Assembly: GCA_963555975.3 (NCBI GenBank)
Contig: OY821663.2
Span: 639,867 to 703,866, forward strand
Source of the DNA: Dehalococcoidia bacterium
GTDB taxonomy: Bacteria > Chloroflexota > Dehalococcoidia > Lucifugimonadales > UBA2985
DNA: 64,000 nt
Reading direction: 5' to 3'
In this document: piece by piece, positions 8,773-16,709 of the stretch
How the letters are laid out: every line of letters begins with the position of its first letter
Numbering within the stretch: the stretch's first letter is position 1
The notes under the pieces: generated by a model
Seen by the model: the letters and a program-made list of their open reading frames with translations, nothing else
Told to the model about the DNA's origin: nothing
Databases searched by the model: none
Program-made: the position numbers and the translations under genes

Positions 8773-9492
8773 CTACGCCACCAGCACCGCAATCGATTGC
8801 ACTGTGCTGTCCGGGGTTGTTGGGCTGCTCTTGGGCAATCCCTTGCCTTCCCAGTCAACCCACACCGTGGATATGCCTAGAGACTTGGCGCCGGCGATGT
8901 CGGTCTCCAGATTGTCGCCCACCATCACGGCCTCCCAGGGCTGAACTTCCAACTGCTCCAGGGCGTGGCGGAAGATCCTAGGGTCAGGCTTGCCAACGCC
9001 GAACTCCTCCGAAATGATGATGCAGTTGAATAGCGGCTCCAGTCCTGCGCGGTCGATCTTGCCTCGCTGACCGCTGGAGGGGCCGTTGGAGATTAGCGCC
9101 ATCCCTTTCCCCATCTCCCGAATGCGCTTCAATGCGCCAATGGCCCCGGGGTATGCTTCCAGTGACGTTTCTCGAATCTCGCCGTAGGCTTCGGCGATTT
9201 CATCGGCTGTCTCTCCTGCGCTCACCCCCAGGCGGGAGAAGACCCGCGCAACCAGGTCACGGCGAGAAGCAGCCCGATTGAGAAGCGCCCACCGGTCCCA
9301 CTCCGGGTCAGCCATGAGCTGCCGCCTAACCTCGGCCATTGCCCCTGCGAGATCTTCAACCTTCAGGCCGCCCAGCCGAGACGCATATCTCGCGAATGCC
9401 AACTCCCAATGCTTGGGTGACGTTTGGTCGTTGGCAAGGATGGTGTTGTCCAGGTCGAAGAGAACGGCTTTGGGTAGCTGGATGATTGCCAT
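8773..9492 (-). CDS. HAD-superfamily hydrolase (subfamily IA-like)
   Basis: The product begins MAIIQLPKAVLFDLDNTIL (DxDxT motif I). It also has ALISNG (motif II) and VGDNLETDIAGA (motif IV). The ATG at 9492 is preferred over the 25-codon upstream extension. Confidence 0.8.
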   Translation of the reverse strand: MAIIQLPKAVLFDLDNTILANDQTSPKHWELAFARYASRLGGLKVEDLAGAMAEVRRQLMADPEWDRWALLNRAASRRDLVARVFSRLGVSAGETADEIAEAYGEIRETSLEAYPGAIGALKRIREMGKGMALISNGPSSGQRGKIDRAGLEPLFNCIIISEEFGVGKPDPRIFRHALEQLEVQPWEAVMVGDNLETDIAGAKSLGISTVWVDWEGKGLPKSSPTTPDSTVQSIAVLVA

Positions 9493-9532
9493 CTTGCCGC
9501 GCCTGTGAGGGTTGCGAATGCCCGAATCCCGC

Positions 9533-10504
9533 TCAGCCAACCTGCACGTGGACAGTGGCGGGATCATATCCGAGGTGAGTCAAGATAGAGAGGCTCTTCC
9601 TTACCAGTTCTTGCGAGGTTCCGTGCGCTGCTAGGAATAGGCCGTTGGAGAGAGTATGGGGCGAATAAATGTCCGTTCCGGCGGGATGTCTTGGTTGCAT
9701 ATTCACCACTGCACTGTCGAGTCTAGAACCCGACAAGACGGGGCATCTGTCCGCGGTGAGCGCGCCATCCCGGACCAACCACTCAGCTACCTCTACGACT
9801 AGTGCCCTCCAGCTGGTAGGCTCCCGTATCTCCCCGTTCGGAAACCGCACCTTCTGAGGATGTGGAGCGTATCGCTGAGGCGAAAGTTCGTCGAGCGTGA
9901 CCCAGCCCGATTCTGTACCAACCGTTGAATCTGGGATTTTCGCAGGCGCGGGACTAGCGGCGGGTGCAGGGGCCTCAGTGTGCGTCTCCTCAAGTCCCAC
10001 AATCGGCTCACTTGCCGCTATGGGCTGGCCGGACACCATGTTGGGACGCCAAAGTAGCAATAGTTTGATGGCAGTCTCAGTGTTATTCTCTTCTTTGGCT
10101 AGGGAAATGCTGAGAATTCTGCGTTGCTCAATCGGCACTGGCTGGAAGTTGTCGTAAACCTCCCATTCGCTGCCGTTAGTCAGCGCGGGGTACCTGATTC
10201 CGAGTTCGTTGGCGTAACCCGTCACTTGCGACCTATGGCCAGCCAGCGGCTCGCCCAGACTTTTGGCTTCCAGGAAAACGACCACCTCGCCACGAGAGTC
10301 CATAAGGGCATAGTCAGGGCGGCCGCGACTCACCACGTATTCCGGTTGCACAAGTTCTGGATCCGCGGTGTCCCATCCCAGCGCGAGTAGTAGAGGATCC
10401 ACCAGTGAGTAACGCGTCTGCGCTTCGCTCTTTTGCAAGGCGGCGCGGTGGTCGTTGATGCGCGCCTTCAGCGTCTCGATTGTGTTGACAAGCTCGTCCA
10501 GCAT
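9533..10504 (-). CDS. restriction-endonuclease-like protein with a type I R-subunit N-terminal (HSDR_N-like) domain plus an unknown C-terminal domain
   Basis: The sequence SEAQTRYSLVDPLLLALGWD...RPDYAL...VVFLEAK matches the HSDR_N / PD-(D/E)xK pattern. A Pro/Ala linker leads to a roughly 140-aa domain I do not recognise. Sampled GC is about 55%, lower than the neighbours. Confidence 0.6.
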   Translation of the reverse strand: MLDELVNTIETLKARINDHRAALQKSEAQTRYSLVDPLLLALGWDTADPELVQPEYVVSRGRPDYALMDSRGEVVVFLEAKSLGEPLAGHRSQVTGYANELGIRYPALTNGSEWEVYDNFQPVPIEQRRILSISLAKEENNTETAIKLLLLWRPNMVSGQPIAASEPIVGLEETHTEAPAPAASPAPAKIPDSTVGTESGWVTLDELSPQRYAPHPQKVRFPNGEIREPTSWRALVVEVAEWLVRDGALTADRCPVLSGSRLDSAVVNMQPRHPAGTDIYSPHTLSNGLFLAAHGTSQELVRKSLSILTHLGYDPATVHVQVG

Positions 10505-10619
10505 TTCAAATCTCCAGCCTCACCATACAACCGCGCATGGGGGCTGTCAACCGCGCCCCCCCTTGCTTGACACTCACGGGCGGAAGTGGGAACATAAGGC
10601 ACAGGCTATTGAGGAGTCC

Positions 10620-11405
10620 ATGAACGCTCTGTACGCTGATTCCGTCCTGTACCATGCCGCCGAGGGCATGGCGTGGGTCACGCTCAACCGCCCTGAGGAC
10701 GGCAACCGCTTGAATCTCCAGATGGCGAACGCTCTGCGAAGGGCGTGCCAGCTTGTCATGCAGGATGATGAGGTGAGCGTGGCCGTGCTCACGGGCCAGG
10801 GCGAAGTATTCTGCGCGGGCGATGATTCGGATGCGCCGCCGCCCGGCGATACTGAGGAGCGACAGGCGCACATGGAAGCCCGGCGCGCCGCGGCATTCAT
10901 CGGCGCAATCGACAAGCCTGTGGTCGCGCTCATCAACGGCGACGCCATCGACCACGGCCTGGAGCTTGCGCTGGCGTGCGACCTGCGGCTGGCCGCCGAC
11001 AACGCCCGGTTCGGCATGACGCAGGTGACGCGCGGCGCAATGCCCTGGGACGGCGGCACGCAGCGGCTGCCGCGCGCGGTGGGCCGTGCCTGGGCCGCCG
11101 ACCTGCTGCTTACCGGCAGGCTGGTCGGCGCGCAGGAGGCGCTCGACATCGGCCTGGTGCATGAGGCGCACCCCGCGGAGCGGCTGGCGGAGCGCGGCGA
11201 GGAGCTGGCTCGTTCGCTTGCATCGCTCGCCCCAATCGCCGCTCAGTACGCCAAGGAGTGCGTGGCGAAGGGCATGGACATGACGCTGGAGCAGGGGATG
11301 CGCCTGGAGATGGACCTGAACCTGATATTGCAGACCACGGCGGACAGGGCAGAAGGGGTGGCCTCCTTCCTGGAGCGCAGGCAGCCGACGTTCCGGGGGG
11401 AGTGA
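10620..11405 (+). CDS. enoyl-CoA hydratase/isomerase (crotonase) family protein
   Basis: The product begins MNALYADSVLYHAAEGMAWVTLNRPEDGNRLN and contains LTGQGEVFCAGDD and ALINGDAIDHGLELALACDLRLA. The start ATG at 10620 is in frame with track ORF 10455. Confidence 0.85.
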   Translation: MNALYADSVLYHAAEGMAWVTLNRPEDGNRLNLQMANALRRACQLVMQDDEVSVAVLTGQGEVFCAGDDSDAPPPGDTEERQAHMEARRAAAFIGAIDKPVVALINGDAIDHGLELALACDLRLAADNARFGMTQVTRGAMPWDGGTQRLPRAVGRAWAADLLLTGRLVGAQEALDIGLVHEAHPAERLAERGEELARSLASLAPIAAQYAKECVAKGMDMTLEQGMRLEMDLNLILQTTADRAEGVASFLERRQPTFRGE

Positions 11406-11442
11406 GTCCCGCCCGGCCATTCTGACCACGGAGGAAATCGAT

Positions 11443-12186
11443 ATGATGGAACCGACAAGCGAACGAAGCTGCCCCAGGTGCGGTACACAGGCCGCGGCTG
11501 ACGCCATCTTCTGTCCAAGCTGCGGCGCGCCTGTAACGGAATCGAGAGAGTCCGTGGCGCCTGTGCCGTACTTCATCTCGCCCGCCCGCATCGTCCTGAT
11601 GAGCATTGCGTCGTTCGGGATCTACAACCTCTACTGGCTCTACAAGACTTGGAAGCACTACAAGGAGCACACCGGCGAAGCGGAGCGATACCCAATCTGG
11701 CACGCGCTCACGCTGTTCGTGCCGATATACGGCTCCTTCCGTGCGCACGCCCACTTCCGCACCTTCGGCGAACTGGCCTCCCGCGCAGGGCTTGACCTGC
11801 GAATAGTCCCCGGCCTGGCGTTCGCCATAGTGCTGGTGGGTTGGCTCCTCGGCTTCTTCATCGCCGGCGTGAGCAGCCCGGAGTTCGTGGAGGTGGTGGA
11901 TCCCGTCACGGGCGAGCAGGTAATCGATCCCGAAACCGGACAGGGTGAGTTCGAGGTGATCAACCCCACGCAGTCGGAGCTGATCACCGCGTTGCTCTTT
12001 CGCCTGCTGAACATCGCCCTCGGGATCTGGATGGTCTTCCACGCTCAGATCCGGATAAACTACTACTGGGGGCACGTGTTCGGCCATCGGCTTGTCGGCA
12101 TGGCACTGGGCAAGGGCGAGATTCTCATTCTCGTTCTCGGCGCAATCATCTGGTTCGGCACACTCACCGGCATCACGTCCGCGTAG
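11443..12186 (+). CDS. membrane protein with an N-terminal zinc-ribbon (CPRC..CPSC) and a DUF4234-like transmembrane region
   Basis: The sequence SCPRCGTQAAADAIFCPSCG is followed by the hydrophobic spans FGIYNLYWLYKTWKHY. A GGAGG RBS lies upstream. The stop TAG (12184-12186) shares a G with the GTG of the next gene. Confidence 0.65.
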   Translation: MMEPTSERSCPRCGTQAAADAIFCPSCGAPVTESRESVAPVPYFISPARIVLMSIASFGIYNLYWLYKTWKHYKEHTGEAERYPIWHALTLFVPIYGSFRAHAHFRTFGELASRAGLDLRIVPGLAFAIVLVGWLLGFFIAGVSSPEFVEVVDPVTGEQVIDPETGQGEFEVINPTQSELITALLFRLLNIALGIWMVFHAQIRINYYWGHVFGHRLVGMALGKGEILILVLGAIIWFGTLTGITSA

Positions 12187-12923
12187 TGGGAGAGATGGGC
12201 GCGGCCACGGCGTTCGAGACCATACTCCTCAGCGTGGAAGGCGGCGTGGCGGAGATCGCGCTGAACCGCCCGCACGTGCTCAACGCGCACGACGTGCAGA
12301 TGCGCGACGACCTGCACGCGGCGCTGGAGGCGGTGCGCGACGACCCCGGCGTCAACTCCTTGCTGCTGCGCGGCGAGGGCGAGAGAGCGTTCTGCACGGG
12401 CGCAGACCTGACGGAGTTCGGCACGGCTCCGTCCAGGGTGATCGCGCGCCGGGTGCGCTGGGAGCGCGATCTTTGGGGGCTGTTCCTGGCTGTCGACCGC
12501 CCAATCGTTGCCGCCCTTCATGGTTTTGTGATAGGCTCTGGTGTCGAGATGGCCCTGCTCTGCGACCTGCGAATCGCCTCGGAGGACGCGGTGTTTGGGA
12601 TGCCGGAGGCGTCGCTGGGGCTGATACCCGCCGCGGGCGGGACGCAGACGCTGCCTCGCACGCTGGGCGCGCCGCGAGCGTTGCACGCGCTGCTGGCGGG
12701 CGAGCGCATCCCGGCTCGCCGGGCGCAGGCGATGGGGCTGGCGCATCGGGTCGTGCCGCGAGCCTCGCTGCTGGAGGAGGCGCGAGCGATGGCCCATCGG
12801 CTGGCGGAGCTTCCGGCTCAGCCGGTCAGGGCGGTGAAGCGGGCGCTGCTTCGGGGCATGGATTTGCCGCTGGAGCGGGCGTTGGAAGCGGAGCTACGGC
12901 TGGCGGCGTCCGTCACGCGGTGA
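12186..12923 (+). CDS. enoyl-CoA hydratase/isomerase (crotonase) family protein
   Basis: Motifs present are VAEIALNRPHVLNA, LLLRGEGERAFCTGADL and AALHGFVIGSGVEMALLCDLRIA. The start is GTG 12186 or ATG 12195. Confidence 0.85.
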   Translation: MGEMGAATAFETILLSVEGGVAEIALNRPHVLNAHDVQMRDDLHAALEAVRDDPGVNSLLLRGEGERAFCTGADLTEFGTAPSRVIARRVRWERDLWGLFLAVDRPIVAALHGFVIGSGVEMALLCDLRIASEDAVFGMPEASLGLIPAAGGTQTLPRTLGAPRALHALLAGERIPARRAQAMGLAHRVVPRASLLEEARAMAHRLAELPAQPVRAVKRALLRGMDLPLERALEAELRLAASVTR

Positions 12924-12990
12924 CGGCTTCCGCCGCGAGTGCGAGCAATCGCAAACCGATACGGAACAGAAACAAGGCTGGAGGTAGAGC

Positions 12991-14550
12991 ATGAACACAA
13001 CGGAGCTGCTGAACATTACCGCCCTGATTGTGCCGGACAGGCACGCCATCGTCTTCGATGACAAGCGGATCACGTTCGGGGAGCTTGCCGACCGCGTGAA
13101 CCGGCTGGCGAACGGGCTGGCCGAGCTTGGCGTTGGCGCAGGCGACCGGGTGGCCGCCATGCAGGTGAACTGCAACGAGCACATCGAGGCGTACTTTGCG
13201 TCCGCCAAGCTGGACGCCATCTTCGTACCGATCAACTTCCGCGCCCGCTCCGAGGAGCTCAGCTTCATGCTCAACGACTCGGGAGTGAAGGCCATCATCC
13301 TGGGGCAGCGATACCAGGACATGCTTCGCCAGGTGAAGCCGGAGCTTACCACGCTGGAGCATCAGATCACGCTGGAGGCCCCGGCCGACGACTTCGTGTT
13401 CTACGACGACCTCATCGCCAACTCGTCCGCCGATGACCGGTTCCCAAGCGCGGACGGCGAGGACGTGACCATCGTCATGTTCACGGCGGGCACCACGGGC
13501 ACGCCCAAGGGCGTGATGCTGAGCCACAACAGCTTCAGCTCCTACATCCTGGCCAACGTGGAGCCGGTGGATATGGAATCGGATGAGAAGAACATCCTCA
13601 CCGTGCCGTTGCACCACATCGCAGGCGTGCAGGCGGTGATGGCGGCCATCTACGGCGGCCGCACGCTGGTGCTCCAGCGCCAGTTCGACGAGGAAGGCTG
13701 GATGAAGCTGGTGCAGGACGAGAAGGTCAATCGCGCCATGATGGTGCCAACCATGCTCAAGCGGCTGATGGACCAGCCCAGCTTCGGCAGCTACGACCTG
13801 TCCAGCCTCCAGGTCATCACCTACGGCGCCGCGCCCATGCCGCTGGAGGTCATCAAGAAGGCAATCGTGGAATTCCCCAATACGCGCTTCATCAACGCGT
13901 TCGGGCAGACCGAGACGGCGTCCACCATCACCATGCTGCCGCCGGACGCCCACGAGATCCGCGAGGGCGACCCGGACTATGACCAGAAGCTGAAGCGACT
14001 CGGCTCCATCGGCAAGCCGCTGCCGGACGTGGAGGTTCGCATCGTGGACGAGGACGGCAACGACGTTCCGCTGGGCGAGAACGGCGAGATTGTGGCCCGC
14101 GGCGAGCGGCTGATGAAGGGCTACTGGAACCGTGAGGAGGCCACCCGCGAGACGCTGCGGGGCGGCTGGCTCTACACCGGCGACCTCGGCTACAGCGACG
14201 ATGAGGGTTTCATCTTCCTTTCGGGCAGGGCCAAGGACTTTCTCAAGCGGGGCGGCGAGATGATCGCGCCGGAGGAGGTGGAGCAGATCATCATGTCGCA
14301 TCCCGCGGTGGACGAGGCGGCGATCATCGGTGTGCCGGACGTTGAGTGGGGCGAGCGCGTGAGGGCCATCGTGGTCATCAAGCCGGGCCAGGAGCTGACC
14401 GCCGCGGACGTGATCGAGCACTGCCGGCCTCGCATGGCGGGCTTCAAGCGGCCTGAGGACGTGATCTTCATCGACGAACTGCCGCGGAACCCGATGGGCA
14501 AGGTGCTCAAGCGGGTGCTGCGGGAGGAGTATCCGCAGCCGATTGCGTGA
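12991..14550 (+). CDS. AMP-dependent acyl-CoA synthetase/ligase
   Basis: The AMP-binding motif MFTAGTTGTPKGVMLSH is present, together with YGQTE-like FGQTETAS, GWLYTGDLGY and the C-terminal PRNPMGKVLKR. Confidence 0.9.
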   Translation: MNTTELLNITALIVPDRHAIVFDDKRITFGELADRVNRLANGLAELGVGAGDRVAAMQVNCNEHIEAYFASAKLDAIFVPINFRARSEELSFMLNDSGVKAIILGQRYQDMLRQVKPELTTLEHQITLEAPADDFVFYDDLIANSSADDRFPSADGEDVTIVMFTAGTTGTPKGVMLSHNSFSSYILANVEPVDMESDEKNILTVPLHHIAGVQAVMAAIYGGRTLVLQRQFDEEGWMKLVQDEKVNRAMMVPTMLKRLMDQPSFGSYDLSSLQVITYGAAPMPLEVIKKAIVEFPNTRFINAFGQTETASTITMLPPDAHEIREGDPDYDQKLKRLGSIGKPLPDVEVRIVDEDGNDVPLGENGEIVARGERLMKGYWNREEATRETLRGGWLYTGDLGYSDDEGFIFLSGRAKDFLKRGGEMIAPEEVEQIIMSHPAVDEAAIIGVPDVEWGERVRAIVVIKPGQELTAADVIEHCRPRMAGFKRPEDVIFIDELPRNPMGKVLKRVLREEYPQPIA

Positions 14551-14798
14551 CCGCGCAGCGCGGCTGCACAAGCGGAAACCGGACACGACGCCCGTCCCGA
14601 GCGCGGCTTGGGGCGGGCGCCGCAGTTGTTGGGGCGTGATGAGCCAGGAACGCGAACAGGAGACGCGGGGAGGGCGCCGCGATGAGCGGCGGCGCAAGCG
14701 TCGGTACGCGCCGCGAATGCACGGCCGGCGTCTGGCGGAGATCGTGAGGAACGCGCTGCGCAAGCGTGCGAAGGGGAGTGGGTAGGGGGGCACAGAAT

Positions 14799-15175
14799 CC
14801 CGTTCGCGCTGAGCGTGTCGAAGCATGGTCGGGCCGACATCTCTTCACTCCCCCATGCCCGCGAAGGCGGGCATCCACTTGGCCTAATTCCGGGTTGGTG
14901 CACGGCAGCCGCCGCCACCCTGCCCCTCTGGATTGCGGCTTTCGCCGCAATGACGGTTGAGGGCGGCAGTCGGTCAGGACTGCGGAGTACGCCGTTACCC
15001 GGTTGCGTGGATTGCTATGAGAATAGGCCGATTCAGGCACGGAGTTGAGACCCCGCGGCCAAGATGGGGGGCAGGAGGCCGCCATTCTTATTGGCTTATC
15101 TGGCACTGGCAAGCGGCATAGGAATGCCCGCCTGCGCAGGCATGGATGGGCGGCGCGATATTCCGAGCACACGCG
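14799..15175. repeat. REP-like composite (194-nt super-unit 14799-14992) plus an inverted copy of the 113-nt nested element (15011-15123)
   Basis: The composite cccgttcgcgctgagcgtgtcgaagcatgg .. catgcccgcgaaggcgggcatccac .. ctggattgcggctttcgccgcaatgacggttgagggcggcag has the same module order as 15621-15816. Confidence 0.85.
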
Positions 15176-15210
15176 ATACGCGGTATAATGTGAGGCGGGA
15201 GGTGTAGAGC

Positions 15211-15567
15211 ATGGGCGTTTTCACGTGTCCGGTTCGGCTGGACAGCATGGACGGCGCAAATTCGCTGGAGTTCGAGGCGCTGGTGGACACTGGCGCCAGC
15301 TACACGATGGTCGCCGCCAGCTTGCTAGAGAGGTTGGGCGTTCAGCCGGTCGACAAGATTACCGTAACTCTTGCCGACGGCAGTCTGTGGGAGTGCGGCA
15401 TGGGAGAGGCTCGCGCCACAATCGACGGCCGCAGCACGGCCACTTGGGTATTGTTCGGCGCGGAGGACGCCGGCGCGCTCCTGGGCGCCTACACGCTGGA
15501 GGGATTGAGGCTGGCCGTAGACCCGGTGCATCTTACGCTGGTTCCGGTCACAACCGCCAGGGCGTAG
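15211..15567 (+). CDS. retropepsin-like (clan AA) aspartyl protease
   Basis: The sequence FEALVDTGASYTMV carries the D-T/S-G-A active-site motif. The 118-aa size fits a single-lobe retropepsin. A GGGAGG RBS lies upstream, and a TATAAT box lies at about 15184-15189. Confidence 0.75.
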   Translation: MGVFTCPVRLDSMDGANSLEFEALVDTGASYTMVAASLLERLGVQPVDKITVTLADGSLWECGMGEARATIDGRSTATWVLFGAEDAGALLGAYTLEGLRLAVDPVHLTLVPVTTARA

Positions 15568-15574
15568 GAGGCGC

Positions 15575-16020
15575 GGGCGATGGGCCCTTCGACTAGCTCA
15601 GGGCAAACGGATTCGGTATCCCCGTTCGTGCTGAGCTTGTCGAAGCATGAACGAGCGTGCCCGTGAACCGCCCCCCATGCCCGCGCAGGCGGGCATCCAC
15701 TCAGCCGCGTTTCGGGTGTTGCTGCACGGTTCAGGCCGCCACCCTGCCCCTCTGGATTGCGGCTTTCGCCGCAATGACGGTTGAGGGCGGCAGCCGGTCA
15801 GCACTGTGGAGCACGTAGAAGTGTAGTCGAGTGGATGCCCCGCCTGCGCGGGAGTAGGGAAGGGGAAGGCCGCCGTTGGCTTGCCCTTCGACAAGCTCAG
15901 GGCGAGCGGGCATAACATCCCGTTCATGCTGAGCTTGTCGAAGCGTGAATGGGCTGGGCCGCCCATCCTCGCCCCACCTGGTGTTAGATTCCTGCTTACG
16001 CAGGAATGACGGCGGGCACG
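15575..16020. repeat. REP-like composite (196-nt super-unit 15621-15816 and further hairpin units)
   Basis: This is a direct repeat of the 14799-14992 composite, including an identical 55-nt core gccaccctgcccctctggattgcggctttcgccgcaatgacggttgagggcggcag. It also contains cttcgacaagctcagggcgagcggg/cccgttcatgctgagcttgtcgaag hairpins. Confidence 0.85.
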
Positions 16021-16024
16021 ACGC

Positions 16025-16672
16025 TCAGGACGTGATCTCGATGGCTCCGAAGGTGCAGGATCCCATTATTACGAGCCTCGCCGTGGGTTCTGCGGGTTCC
16101 TGACGCTTGGATTCGATGTGTCCGAACGTCACGGAGGCGCGGACTTCGACTGCCCAGTCCGGCGGGACGCGGAGGTTGACGCTGCCGAACAGCACGGTGG
16201 CGTTGATTGTGGCGGTACCGTCGATCACCTCGGCGGAGCTCAGGTCCACTTCCGTGCTGCCGAACGTGGCGGAGACATCGCCTCCTGTGAAGCCTTCGCC
16301 GCCGGCCTGCTGACTGCTGCTGGCGAAGACGTTGCCAACGTTCAGATTCTCCCTCGCGTCGGCGGCCTTGGCGCGGTGGGAGTGGCGTATGCCGAAGAAC
16401 ATCGCCAGGCCCAACGCAATAAGAATGACGGGCCATATTCTCGAAATGTCGATATTCCAAACGCCCAGGTTGCTCAGCAGGATCGTGGAGAAGATGCCGA
16501 CCACGATCAGGCCGCCCTTCCAGTCGCCGTTGGAGACGCTTAGCAGACCCGCGGCAATCAGCAATGCGGGCCACCACTTCCAAAGCGAAAGGTCCGTCCC
16601 GGTGAGGTTGCCAACCAGGAACACGCCGCCAAGAATGACCAGCACCGCTCCCGCGTACTTCCGTCCGTTCAC
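16025..16672 (-). CDS. LiaF-like / cell-wall-active antibiotic response protein (DUF2154-type)
   Basis: An N-terminal block of four hydrophobic helices is followed by a C-terminal beta-rich segment, GGDVSATFGSTEVDLSSAEV..ATINATVLFGSVNLRVPPDW, typical of the LiaF C-terminal domain. Confidence 0.65.
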   Translation of the reverse strand: MNGRKYAGAVLVILGGVFLVGNLTGTDLSLWKWWPALLIAAGLLSVSNGDWKGGLIVVGIFSTILLSNLGVWNIDISRIWPVILIALGLAMFFGIRHSHRAKAADARENLNVGNVFASSSQQAGGEGFTGGDVSATFGSTEVDLSSAEVIDGTATINATVLFGSVNLRVPPDWAVEVRASVTFGHIESKRQEPAEPTARLVIMGSCTFGAIEITS

Positions 16673-16709
16673 GTTGGCCTACCTCCTCGACTATGGCTGC
16701 GCGGCCGCG

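Noticed and set aside
14639-14785. A 48-codon Arg/Lys-rich ORF (MSQEREQETRGGRRDERRRKRRYAP...) just after the acyl-CoA synthetase gene.
   Set aside because: It has only a weak G-rich RBS and an extreme composition expected by chance in GC-rich DNA. I could identify no conserved motif. I leave it unannotated, and it could be revisited with ribosome profiling.
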